This document shows, in pieces, positions 8,819 through 17,844 of a DNA stretch of 37,934 nt (positions within the stretch are counted from its first letter, which is position 1; every line of letters starts with the position of its first letter). A program made the position numbers and the translations under genes. Location of the stretch: NCBI GenBank assembly GCA_037133055.1, contig JBAXOY010000016.1:1-37934 (forward strand). The letters run 5' to 3'. The DNA comes from Chlamydiota bacterium. Its GTDB lineage: Bacteria; Auribacterota; Tritonobacteria; UBA1439. The notes below the pieces were generated by a model. It searched no databases. It was not told the origin of the DNA and was given only the letters and a program-made list of their open reading frames with translations.

Positions 8819-10054
8819 ATGGCACAAGACCTAGTCATGATCCTCGCCGGCGGCAAGGGCGAGCGCCTGTACCCGCTCACGCGGGACCGGGCGAAGCCCG
8901 CCGTCCCGTTCGGGGGAATCTACCGGATCATCGATTTCGCGCTCAGCAACTTCATCAACTCCGGCTTCTACCGCATCAAGGTGCTCACGCAGTTCAAGTC
9001 GGACTCCCTGAACCGGCACCTGGCGAGGGGATTCCGCCTCTCTCCGGAGCTCGGCCACTACATCGACCCGGTCCCCGCGCAGATGCGCACCGGGGAGAGC
9101 TGGTACAAGGGGACCGCCGATGCGATCTTCCAGAACCTGAACCTGGTCCTGGACGAGGATCCCACGTACGTCATGATATTCGGCGCCGACCATATCTACC
9201 GGATGGACGTGCGGCAGATGCTCCAACACCACCGGGGAAAAGAGTCCGCCCTCACGATCGCCGCGATCCCGCGCCCCGTCGAGGAGGCCCGCTCGTTCGG
9301 CGTGCTCCAGGTGAACCGGGACAGCCGGGTCCTCGAATTCGAAGAAAAGGTGAAGAACCCGAAGGAGATGCCCGACCGGCCGGGATGGTGCCTCTGCTCG
9401 ATGGGGAACTACATCTTCGACCGGGACGTCCTGATCGATATCCTGAAGCGCGACTCCGGGATGACCACGGGGCACGACTTCGGGAAGGACATCATCCCCT
9501 CGATGTTCCGCACCCACGCCGTGTACGCCTACGACTTCAGCACCAACCGCATACCCGGGATCAAGGAGAAGGAGATGGGGTACTGGCGGGACGTGGGCAA
9601 CATCGAGGCCTACTTCGATGCGAACATGGACCTCATCTCCGTGTCGCCCCAGCTCGACCTCTACAACTCGGACTGGCCGCTCCACACATGCTACAACCAG
9701 TACCCGCCCGCCAAGTTCGTCTTCGCGAACGAGGCGGAAAAGCGGGTGGGGCGCGCGACCGACTCGCTCGTCTCCGAGGGATGCATCATCAGCGGAGGCA
9801 CCGTGAGCCGGAGCATCCTCGGCCCCGGGGTGAGGATCAACAGCTACAGCGAGGTGTCCGAATGCATCCTCATGAAGGGGGTCTCGATCGGGCGCCACGC
9901 GCAGGTGAGGCGGGCGATCATCGACAGCGGGATCGAGGTCCCGACCCACGAGAAGATCGGTTTCGATCCGGAGGCGGACCGGAAAAAATACTTCGTCTCC
10001 CCGTCCGGCATCGTGGTCATACCCAAACCGCTGCACCATGAGCTCGGGGACTGA
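8819..10054 (+). CDS. glgC: Glucose-1-phosphate adenylyltransferase
   Basis: ILAGGKGERLYPLTRDRAKPAVPFGG, WYKGTADA, DHIYRMD, SMGNYIF, HDFGKDIIP, YWRDVG. Confidence 0.96.
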   Translation: MAQDLVMILAGGKGERLYPLTRDRAKPAVPFGGIYRIIDFALSNFINSGFYRIKVLTQFKSDSLNRHLARGFRLSPELGHYIDPVPAQMRTGESWYKGTADAIFQNLNLVLDEDPTYVMIFGADHIYRMDVRQMLQHHRGKESALTIAAIPRPVEEARSFGVLQVNRDSRVLEFEEKVKNPKEMPDRPGWCLCSMGNYIFDRDVLIDILKRDSGMTTGHDFGKDIIPSMFRTHAVYAYDFSTNRIPGIKEKEMGYWRDVGNIEAYFDANMDLISVSPQLDLYNSDWPLHTCYNQYPPAKFVFANEAEKRVGRATDSLVSEGCIISGGTVSRSILGPGVRINSYSEVSECILMKGVSIGRHAQVRRAIIDSGIEVPTHEKIGFDPEADRKKYFVSPSGIVVIPKPLHHELGD

Positions 10055-10094
10055 GGAGTCCCCGGGATCATCGACAGTCATTGAGGAGGTCCGC

Positions 10095-11576
10095 GTGACC
10101 GAGGTAAAAAAGCTCACGATCGTGATGGCGTCCCCGGAGGCCGTCCCGTTCGCCAAGACGGGAGGGCTCGCCGACGTCGCCGGCGCCCTGCCGAAAGCGC
10201 TGCGGGCGCGGGGGCATGATGTGCGGCTGGTGATGCCCTACTACGGCTGCATCATGCGCGCGGGGGTCCCGTCGTCCGACACGGGAATGAGCATCCCTGT
10301 GACCATCTCCAGCCGCGGGGAAAACGCGCGGATATGGGCGAGCAGCCTCGACGACGGCACCCCCGTGTTTCTCATACGCAAGGACAGCTACTACGACCGC
10401 GCCGAGCTCTACGGCACCGCCGAGGGCGATTACCCTGACAATGCGGAGCGCTTCTGCTTCTTCGCCCGGGCCATCCTCGCCCTGGTCAAGAGGAGTGGGG
10501 TTGCGCCCGACATCATCCACTGCCACGACTGGCAGACGGGCCTGGTGAGTCCGCTTCTCAAGGTCGCGGAAAAATCGAACCCTTTCTTCAAGGGGACCGG
10601 CATGGTGTTCACCATCCATAACCTCGCCTATCAGGGGCTTTTCTGGCACTACGACATGCATCTCACCGGGCTCCCCTGGAGCGTGTTCGTCCCCGAAGGG
10701 ATCGAGTTCTACGGCAAGATAAACCTCCTCAAGGCGGGGATCGTCTACGCCGACGCGATCACCACGGTGAGCCGCCGGTACAGCGAGGAGATACAGACCG
10801 CCGAGCTCGGCTGCGGGCTTGAGGGGATTCTGGCGCGGCGTCGCGGCGATCTCTACGGGATACTGAACGGCGCCGACTATCGGCGGTGGGATCCGGCGAC
10901 CGATCCGGATATCGCGCAGCACTACACCCGCGACACCCTCGAGGGCAAGGGGAGGTGCAAGGAGGATCTCCTCCGCACATACGGGCTGAGCCTTCCCGCG
11001 GGCACCCCCCTCGTCGGGATGGTGGGGCGGATGGCCGACCAAAAGGGGTACGACCTCATCGCCGCGGCGCTCCCGAGCCTCCTCAACGCGGGCGCCGCCA
11101 TCGTCATCCTTGGCAAGGGCGAGGAGAAATATCACCGTCTCCTCACGCGCCTCGCGAAGAGCTTCCCGGACCGGCTCGGGGTCAAGATCGCCTTCGACAA
11201 CGCGGTCGCGCACAAGGTCGAGGCGGGGGCGGATTATTTCCTGATGCCCTCGCGCTACGAGCCATGCGGCCTGAACCAGATCTACAGCCTCCGCTATGGC
11301 ACGGTGCCGGTCGTCAGGGCCACGGGCGGGTTGGACGACACGGTGACCTCCTACGACCCCGCGACGGGCGAGGGGAACGGGTTCAAATTCGGGCAGTACC
11401 GGACCGACGCGCTCCTCGCCGTCATGCGGGAGGCCCTCGCGATATTCGAGTGCGAGCCGCACTGGACCAGAATCAGACAAAACGCCATGGCCTGCGACTT
11501 CTCATGGGACCGCGCAGCGCGCGAGTATGAGCAGGTCTACCTCGCGGCGCTCGCGCGGGCGCGCGGGCCGGCGTGA
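10095..11576 (+). CDS. glgA: Glycogen synthase
   Basis: PFAKTGGLADV, HCHDWQT, TIHNLAYQG, MPSRYEPCGLNQ, TGGLDDTV; GTG start with GAGGAGG SD. Confidence 0.96.
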   Translation: MTEVKKLTIVMASPEAVPFAKTGGLADVAGALPKALRARGHDVRLVMPYYGCIMRAGVPSSDTGMSIPVTISSRGENARIWASSLDDGTPVFLIRKDSYYDRAELYGTAEGDYPDNAERFCFFARAILALVKRSGVAPDIIHCHDWQTGLVSPLLKVAEKSNPFFKGTGMVFTIHNLAYQGLFWHYDMHLTGLPWSVFVPEGIEFYGKINLLKAGIVYADAITTVSRRYSEEIQTAELGCGLEGILARRRGDLYGILNGADYRRWDPATDPDIAQHYTRDTLEGKGRCKEDLLRTYGLSLPAGTPLVGMVGRMADQKGYDLIAAALPSLLNAGAAIVILGKGEEKYHRLLTRLAKSFPDRLGVKIAFDNAVAHKVEAGADYFLMPSRYEPCGLNQIYSLRYGTVPVVRATGGLDDTVTSYDPATGEGNGFKFGQYRTDALLAVMREALAIFECEPHWTRIRQNAMACDFSWDRAAREYEQVYLAALARARGPA

Positions 11577-11598
11577 GGGACGGGGAGGGGAGGGGGAC

Positions 11599-12618
11599 GT
11601 GCCTGAGCTGAGGAAGGACCCGATACTCGGACGGTGGGTGATCATCTCCACCGAGCGCGCCCAGCGGCCCAGGCAGATCCAGACCTGCCCCGAAGAGACG
11701 AACGGCAAGGGGTGCCCCTTCTGCGCGGGGCGGGAGGGGCTTACCCCCCCCGAGATCTTCGCCTGGCGCCCCGCGAACACCCGTCCCAACACTCCCGGGT
11801 GGGAGGTGCGCGTCGTCCCCAACAAGTATCCCGCGCTCCGTGTCGAGGGGGAACTCGACAAGCAGGGCTGCGGAATCTACGACCGCATGAACGGGATCGG
11901 CGCACACGAGGTGATCATCGAGACTCCGGATCACGCGAAGCGCCTTGAGGAGCAGCCCCGGGAATCCGTTGCGAAGGTCTTCGAGGCCTACAAGCTGCGC
12001 ATCACCGACCTCAGCAGGGACATGCGCATGAAGTACATCCTGGTCTTCCGGAACGAGGGCAGGGCTGCGGGGGCCTCGCTCGCGCACCCGCACTCGCAGC
12101 TCATCGCCACGCCCGTGACCCCCAAACGGGTCAAGGAGGAGCTCAACGGCTCGGCCGCCTACTTCCAGTACAAGGACCGGTGCATCTTCTGCGACATCAT
12201 CCGGCAGGAGATCGAGGAACGCGCGCGGGTCGTCTACGAGAACGAGCTTTTCGTCTCCTTCTGCCCGTTCGCCTCGCGCTTCCCGTTCGAACTGTGGGTG
12301 CTCCCGAAAAAGCACCACGCCGACTACGGGAGCATTTCAAGAGACGAGACCCGGGTGCTCGCGGACATGATGATTGTCACGCTGGGGAAGCTCGCGAAGG
12401 CGCTCAACCGGCCGCAGTATAACTTTGTCCTCCACACCTCCCCCGTGCGGTGGCCGCGCAGGGACTACTGGAGGACGATCGAGTTCGATTACCACTGGCA
12501 CATCGAGATCATGCCGCGCCTGACGCAGATCGCGGGGTTCGAGTGGGGGACCGGCTTCTACATCAACCCCACCTCCCCCGAGGACGCGGCGAAGTACCTG
12601 CAGGAAGTCGAACCCTGA
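11599..12618 (+). CDS. galT: GalT-family nucleotidyltransferase (galactose-1-P uridylyltransferase-like, possibly ADP-glucose phosphorylase)
   Basis: ELRKDP, CPFC, VPNKYPAL, GAHEVIIE, GASLAHPHSQ, HWHIEI, AGFEWGTG. Confidence 0.9.
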   Translation: MPELRKDPILGRWVIISTERAQRPRQIQTCPEETNGKGCPFCAGREGLTPPEIFAWRPANTRPNTPGWEVRVVPNKYPALRVEGELDKQGCGIYDRMNGIGAHEVIIETPDHAKRLEEQPRESVAKVFEAYKLRITDLSRDMRMKYILVFRNEGRAAGASLAHPHSQLIATPVTPKRVKEELNGSAAYFQYKDRCIFCDIIRQEIEERARVVYENELFVSFCPFASRFPFELWVLPKKHHADYGSISRDETRVLADMMIVTLGKLAKALNRPQYNFVLHTSPVRWPRRDYWRTIEFDYHWHIEIMPRLTQIAGFEWGTGFYINPTSPEDAAKYLQEVEP

Positions 12619-12672
12619 GGCGCGGCTCCTCCCGCGCTTCCGCCGCCCGGACCGAAGGGACGCCGCAGACCC

Positions 12673-14844
12673 ATGAAACGCATCTCGCTCGCGTTTTTCT
12701 GGCACATGCACCAGCCGTACTACTATGACCCCGCCACGGGGCGGAGCGTCATGCCCTGGGTGCGGATGCACGCGACGCGGGGCTACTTCGACCAGGTCAC
12801 CCTGCTCGACGACTACCCGTCCATCCGGCAGACATTCAACTACGTCCCCTCGCTGCTGAAGCAGATCGAGGAGTACGTCCGCGGGGACGTGACGGACGTC
12901 TTTCTGGACTACAGCGCGAAGCCGGCCGCCGAACTGACCCCTGATGACCGGCAGTTCATCCTGTGGAACTTCTTCATGGCGAACTGGGACACCATGATCG
13001 CGCCGTATCCCCGCTACAAGGAGCTCCTGCACGCGCGCGGATCCACGGTCACCGAAACCACGATGCCCGAAGCGGCCCGACGCTTCAGCGAGAGGGACCT
13101 CCGGGACCTCCAGGTCTGGTTCAACCTCGCCTGGTTCGGGCACCAGGCCTGCGCGCGCTTCCCGGAGCTCGCGGAGATGAAAAAGCGCGGGGCGAACTTC
13201 ACGGAGGGGGACAAGGCCCGCATCATGGAGATCCAGACCAAGATCATGAACCTGATCATCCCCCTGCACCGCGACGCCGAGAAGCGCGGACAGATCGAGC
13301 TCACCACGAGCCCGTTCTATCACCCGATCATGCCGCTCCTTTGCGACACCGACATCGCGCGGCGCGCGATGCCGGACACGCCGCTTCCGGCGCGCTTCCG
13401 ATACCCGGCCGACGTCGAGGGGCAGCTCGCCGCCGCCGCGGCGTACCACGAGCGGCTCTTCGGGAAAAAACCGGCGGGGCTCTGGCCGCCGGAGGGCTCG
13501 GTCTGCCCGGAGATCATCCCGCTCGTCGCGAGGCAGGGGCTCCGGTGGATGGCCTCCGACGAGGAGGTGCTCTTCAGGTCCGTCCAAAGCCGGGACCGGT
13601 TCACGATGCTCTACCGGCCGTACCGCGTTGAGCACGCGGGGGCTTCCGTGGACATGGTGTTCCGCGACCGCCAGCTCTCGGACCTGATCGGATTCAGCTA
13701 CGCGTTCAATGACGCGAAGAGCGCCGTGGCGGATTTTCTCTTGAAGCTCTCGGAAATATCCAGGAGGGCGCCCGGCTCCGACACGCTCGTGAGCGTCATC
13801 CTCGACGGGGAGAACCCGTGGCAGAGCTACCCGGACGGCGGAGAGGATTTCCTGCGGCGTCTCTACGGGGAGTTCGAGAAGGGCTCTTTCCTCGATAGTG
13901 TCAGGATAGGCGACCATCTCGCGGCGCACCCGCCCGCCGAAAGGATCACGCGCCTGCACAGCGGTTCCTGGATCGACAGCAACTACGGGGTGTGGATAGG
14001 GGAGGAGGAGGACAACGCCGCGTGGAACCTGCTGGGCAGGGCCCGGGCCGCGCTTCAGCAGCGGGGCTTGTCCGGAAAGGCAAAAAATCTCGCGGCGGCG
14101 CGCGAGGAGATCTACGCGGCCGAGGGGAGCGACTGGTTCTGGTGGTACGGGGACCGCTTCTCGAGCGACAACGACGCCCTCTTCGACCAGCTGTTCCGGA
14201 CCCACCTCAAGAACGCGTACACCGCCCTCGGCGAAACTCCCCCGGAAAGCCTCGATATGCCGATCATCAACCAGGGGAGAGTGGCGGTGACGCGGGAGCC
14301 GCGCGCCTTCCTGAAACCGGTCATCGACGGGAGGGAGACCTCCTACTACGAGTGGGTGGACGCGGGTCAGTACCGCGCGACGCACTCCGACAGCACCATG
14401 TGCAGGTCGGAGGCGTTTATCAAGGAGCTCCGGTACGGCTTCGACGAGAAGAACTTCTTCCTGCGGATCGACCCGCTCGACAAGGAGGGGATCGCAGGCA
14501 GCGAGGAGTACCGGGTGCACATCCATTTCACCTCGCCCCGGGAGACGCGCCTCGCCTTCTCCCTGAACCGGAAAAACGGGCAGAGGCCGAAGTGCGAGCT
14601 CTGCCACCGCGAAACCCCGCAGCGGTTCGGGAAGAAGTCCGTCTGCGGCGAGCTCGCGATGGACAGGATCATAGAGCTCGGGCTTCCGTTCCGCGACTTG
14701 GGGTTCAAAAAGAGGGAGGAAGTGAATTTTTACGTGCAGGTAAAGTCGGGAACGCTGGAGGTGGAACGGCATCCCCGGGGGGGCTACATCGCGTTCACGG
14801 TTCCGGACGAGGATTTTGAGATCGCGCGGTGGACCGCGCTGTAA
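12673..14844 (+). CDS. GH57 glycoside hydrolase (amylopullulanase-like)
   Basis: FWHMHQPYY, PWVRMHA, PFYHPIMPLL, GLWPPEG, ILDGENPW, AEGSDWFWWYG. Confidence 0.9.
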   Translation: MKRISLAFFWHMHQPYYYDPATGRSVMPWVRMHATRGYFDQVTLLDDYPSIRQTFNYVPSLLKQIEEYVRGDVTDVFLDYSAKPAAELTPDDRQFILWNFFMANWDTMIAPYPRYKELLHARGSTVTETTMPEAARRFSERDLRDLQVWFNLAWFGHQACARFPELAEMKKRGANFTEGDKARIMEIQTKIMNLIIPLHRDAEKRGQIELTTSPFYHPIMPLLCDTDIARRAMPDTPLPARFRYPADVEGQLAAAAAYHERLFGKKPAGLWPPEGSVCPEIIPLVARQGLRWMASDEEVLFRSVQSRDRFTMLYRPYRVEHAGASVDMVFRDRQLSDLIGFSYAFNDAKSAVADFLLKLSEISRRAPGSDTLVSVILDGENPWQSYPDGGEDFLRRLYGEFEKGSFLDSVRIGDHLAAHPPAERITRLHSGSWIDSNYGVWIGEEEDNAAWNLLGRARAALQQRGLSGKAKNLAAAREEIYAAEGSDWFWWYGDRFSSDNDALFDQLFRTHLKNAYTALGETPPESLDMPIINQGRVAVTREPRAFLKPVIDGRETSYYEWVDAGQYRATHSDSTMCRSEAFIKELRYGFDEKNFFLRIDPLDKEGIAGSEEYRVHIHFTSPRETRLAFSLNRKNGQRPKCELCHRETPQRFGKKSVCGELAMDRIIELGLPFRDLGFKKREEVNFYVQVKSGTLEVERHPRGGYIAFTVPDEDFEIARWTAL

Positions 14845-14848
14845 AAAG

Positions 14849-14936
14849 TTTCACCGCGAAGGCACGGAGAGCACGGAGGACACGGAACTATACTGTTGGA
14901 CGCAGATGAACGCAGATCGTCAGGATAAACGCGGAT
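14849..14936 (+). repeat. Two stacked micro-repeat arrays: 9-mer CACGGAG family, then 10-mer ACGCAGAT family
   Basis: tttcaccgcgaag-gcacggaga-gcacggagg-acacggaa (14849-14887), then ggacgcagat-gaacgcagat-cgtcaggat-aaacgcggat (14898-14936). Confidence 0.75.
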
Positions 14937-14946
14937 CCCTCTTGAT

Positions 14947-14985
14947 CTCCTCCCCCTTCTGATGGGGGGGGACGGGTGGGGGAGA
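14947..14985. repeat. REP-like C-rich/G-rich hairpin
   Basis: ctcctccccct-tctgat-gggggggga-cgggtggggga; similar layout to 37361-37398. Confidence 0.5.
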
Positions 14986-15001
14986 GAGTCAGGAGAAGCG
15001 A

Positions 15002-17134
15002 ATGAAAGAGATATCTTTTCTCCTTGCGGTGCACAATCACCAGCCCGCCGGGAACTTCGAGCACGTTTTCACCGACGGCTGGCGCACCTGCTACGGGCCG
15101 TTTCTCGAGACGCTGAAGCGGCACCCCGCCGTCCGCTGCACCCTGCACTACACCGGGGCGCTCCTCGAGTGGATGGAGAAGAACCGCCCCGAGGGCCTCG
15201 CGGCCCTGCGGGAGCTTGCCGCGTCGGGGCAGGTCGAACTTTTGGGCGGAGGATTCTACGAGCCGATACTGCCCGCGATCCCGCTTGTCGACGCCGAGGG
15301 GCAGCTCAAGTTGATGTCGGATTACCTGCGGGAGCGTTTCGGCGCCGCCCCGCGCGGGCTGTGGCTCGCCGAGCGGGTCTGGGAGCCGCACCTCGCGAGC
15401 CTCCTCCGCGTCGCCGGCCTCGACTATACCCTCCTCGACGACACGCACTTCGTGTACGCCGGTCTGGATCGCGATGAGCTCCGGGGATATTACCTGACGG
15501 AGGACCAGGGCCGCACCCTCGCGGTCTTCCCGATCAACAAGCAGCTCCGCTACCTGATCCCCTTCGGCGAGCCCTCGGCGGCCGTCGACTGCCTCCGCGC
15601 GCTCGCTGAAAAGTCTCCCGGGAGCGGCGTCACCCTGGGGGACGACGGCGAAAAATTCGGCATGTGGCCGGGCACCTACACATGGGTCTACGAAGAGAAG
15701 TATCTCGATCGGCTCTTCGCGCTCCTCGAGGAGAACGCGGGCTGGATCAAAATGATCACCATGGGCGAGTACCTCGACCGGTTCCCCCCCTCGGGGAAGA
15801 TCTACCTGCCCACCGCATCCTACGACGAGATGATGGAGTGGGCGCTCCCCGCCACGGTGCAGTCACAGTACGAGAAACTGATCGAGGACCTCAAGAAGGA
15901 GAAGAAGTACGACCGCCTTGCCCGGTTTCTCCGGGGTGGCTTCTGGCGGAACTTCCTCGTGAAATATCCGGAGAGCAACCTCCAGAGGAGCAAGACGCTC
16001 CACGTGAGCCGCATGGTGCACCGCACGCTGCCCGGGCACATCGAGGCGAAAAAGTCGCTCTGGCGCAGCCAGTGCAACTGCGCCTACTGGCACGGCCTCT
16101 TCGGGGGGATCTACCTGAACTACCTCCGTCACGCGAACTACTCGAACGCACTCAGGGCCGAGGTCGCCGTGGACAGGGCCGCGCACAAGAGGGGAGGGTG
16201 GGTGGAGGCCGAGCGTTTCGACTACGACGCGGACGGTATGGACGAGGTCCTGCTGCGCAGCGCCCCGGTGAACGCACTTCTCTCCCCGGGCTACGGCGGG
16301 TCCCTCTTCGAGCTCGATTACAAGGAGAAGTATTTCAACCTGTCGAACACCATGAGCCGGAGGCCGGAGGCCTACCACGCCACGATGTCGGACAAGTCCG
16401 CAAAGAACGGCAAGGGGGCGGACGCCCCCGCGTCCATCCACGACATGGCGAAAAGCGTCTCCCCCCGCATCAGGGGCGCCCTCCACTATGACTGGTACCT
16501 GCGGCGGTCATTCCTGGACCATTTTCTCGGCCCCGGCGCGACCCTGGACTCGTTCGCGCGCTGCGAGTATCCCGAGCAGGGAGGCTTCGTCAACCGGCCC
16601 TATGAGATCACGGGGACGGAAGCGGTGGTGGAGGGGCGCGCCACGGCATCCCTGAGGAGGGTCGGCGCCTTCCACTGCCCTTCCGGGCGCCGGGATCTTG
16701 AGGTGGCGAAAACCTACGCGCTGGATGGAAACGGCCGCCTCGCCGTGGACTATCGCGTCGCGAACCCCGGAAACGATCCCCTCGACATCTGGATGGGCAT
16801 CGAGCTCAACCTCACCCTCCTCTCGGGGAAGAGCCCCGACCGGATTCTCTCGTTCGACGGGCCGAAGCCCGCGTCGGTGAATGCCGGGAGCAGGGGAGAG
16901 GCGGAGTCGGTTTCGTATCTCGAACTCGTCAACCGTGCTGACGGGTTCACCGTCCGCGTCTCGTGGAGCGAGGGGGCAGGCCTCTGGTATTTCCCGGTGG
17001 AGACCGTTTCGCAGTCCGAGAAGGGGTTCGACCTGAACTACCAGGGCACATCGCTGATGCCGCACTTTAAATTCACGCTTTCCCCGGGCGGCGTGAAAGC
17101 CCTCTCGTTCACGGTGGCGATCAGCGCGCTCTGA
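15002..17134 (+). CDS. GH57 alpha-amylase / 4-alpha-glucanotransferase
   Basis: HNHQPAGNF, GGGFYEPIL, WLAERVWEP, DDGEKFG, QCNCAYWHGLFGGIYL, C-terminal beta domain with PVETVSQSEKGF. Confidence 0.92.
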   Translation: MKEISFLLAVHNHQPAGNFEHVFTDGWRTCYGPFLETLKRHPAVRCTLHYTGALLEWMEKNRPEGLAALRELAASGQVELLGGGFYEPILPAIPLVDAEGQLKLMSDYLRERFGAAPRGLWLAERVWEPHLASLLRVAGLDYTLLDDTHFVYAGLDRDELRGYYLTEDQGRTLAVFPINKQLRYLIPFGEPSAAVDCLRALAEKSPGSGVTLGDDGEKFGMWPGTYTWVYEEKYLDRLFALLEENAGWIKMITMGEYLDRFPPSGKIYLPTASYDEMMEWALPATVQSQYEKLIEDLKKEKKYDRLARFLRGGFWRNFLVKYPESNLQRSKTLHVSRMVHRTLPGHIEAKKSLWRSQCNCAYWHGLFGGIYLNYLRHANYSNALRAEVAVDRAAHKRGGWVEAERFDYDADGMDEVLLRSAPVNALLSPGYGGSLFELDYKEKYFNLSNTMSRRPEAYHATMSDKSAKNGKGADAPASIHDMAKSVSPRIRGALHYDWYLRRSFLDHFLGPGATLDSFARCEYPEQGGFVNRPYEITGTEAVVEGRATASLRRVGAFHCPSGRRDLEVAKTYALDGNGRLAVDYRVANPGNDPLDIWMGIELNLTLLSGKSPDRILSFDGPKPASVNAGSRGEAESVSYLELVNRADGFTVRVSWSEGAGLWYFPVETVSQSEKGFDLNYQGTSLMPHFKFTLSPGGVKALSFTVAISAL

Positions 17135-17523
17135 AGTTCTCCGGATTTGGGAGAATATGAGCGTTCAGGATTCAGGGTTCACAGGTTCGATCCCGGAGTG
17201 GGGGAGGTGTCCGGTTTGCCCGGGGATATCTTATCCCCGCCCCCACCTGCTCCCCATGCAATCACGCCTCCCCTCTCAAGGCCCGTAGCGTGCCTGACAG
17301 ATGATCTCAATCCTCATTGGCTCCCCCCTGGACCTTCCTTTCGGCTGAATGAGTGCCACAGGGCGATCTCGGCGCTGAGAGACTATCCACTTTGAATAAT
17401 CCCGGCGCCCGTCCATGGTGCACGCAAATCCTTCGATATTTCCAGTGTTATGCACAAGTTGTTCATTGTCTGCCGTAACTTGCTTGCCTCTAGGATGTTA
17501 AGCCAAACTCCCCCTCCCAAGCC

Positions 17524-17551
17524 ATATTACATAAGATATATTATGGAACCC
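17524..17551 (-). other. dif-like XerC/XerD recombination site
   Basis: Minus strand GGGTTCCATAA-TATATC-TTATGTAATAT vs E. coli dif GGTGCGCATAA-TGTATA-TTATGTTAAAT: 20/28 identical, XerD arm 9/11, CATAA-N6-TTATG core intact. Intergenic, at the strand-convergence point. Confidence 0.75.
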
Positions 17552-17617
17552 TGTGTCCGATAGTGAAATCCAGTCAAAAAGGCCTTTCTGGGGATATCAC
17601 ACTCCTTTGGGGATATA

Positions 17618-17830
17618 TCAAGGGTTAGACTTATTGAGCCACGATTCGATAAGTTGGGCCTTGGCTGGTTTTGGAATTGCCTTCCTGTTCAGCCACCGGT
17701 ACACCGTATCGGGTGAAACACCCGCATCCCTGGCGAGATCCCGGATGTTTGCATCGAATCTCCTGTGGATCTTCCAGAATTCGATGAGCTTGTCTGCCGC
17801 GCACCGGCACTCACTGTTGGGTGTCTTCAT
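17618..17830 (-). CDS. Small XRE/Cro-like helix-turn-helix protein
   Basis: IRDLARDAGVSPDTVYRWLN HTH signature; 70 aa; visibly more AT-rich than its neighbours. Confidence 0.75.
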   Translation of the reverse strand: MKTPNSECRCAADKLIEFWKIHRRFDANIRDLARDAGVSPDTVYRWLNRKAIPKPAKAQLIESWLNKSNP

Positions 17831-17844
17831 GTCGGGGTGTCAGA

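Noticed and set aside
12337..14772. Long antisense or alternate-frame ORFs (e.g. 811 aa here, 670 aa at 18962-20974, 543 aa at 8410-10041)
   Set aside because: Shadow ORFs expected in high-GC DNA; they fully overlap well-supported genes and have no motifs.
17163..17200. GGTTCGATCCC resembling a tRNA T-loop
   Set aside because: The T-stem does not pair beyond 2 bp and there is no acceptor, D or anticodon arm; it is better explained as the end of a degenerate GGTTCA(G/C) heptamer run.
17260..17360. Possible riboswitch on the minus strand (GCCGAAAGG...GGGGGAGCCA; GGCAAACC nearby)
   Set aside because: The remaining conserved elements of the c-di-AMP and c-di-GMP-I aptamers are missing and there is no convincing downstream gene. 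An Infernal/Rfam scan would settle it.
17147..17395. 82-aa + strand ORF downstream of the GH57 gene
   Set aside because: TTG start, Pro-rich, built from repeat and hairpin DNA, with no recognisable motif.
17448..17456. Replication origin suggested by a DnaA-box match and AT richness
   Set aside because: Only one box was seen, there is no dnaA/dnaN, and genes converge here rather than diverge; a terminus fits better.
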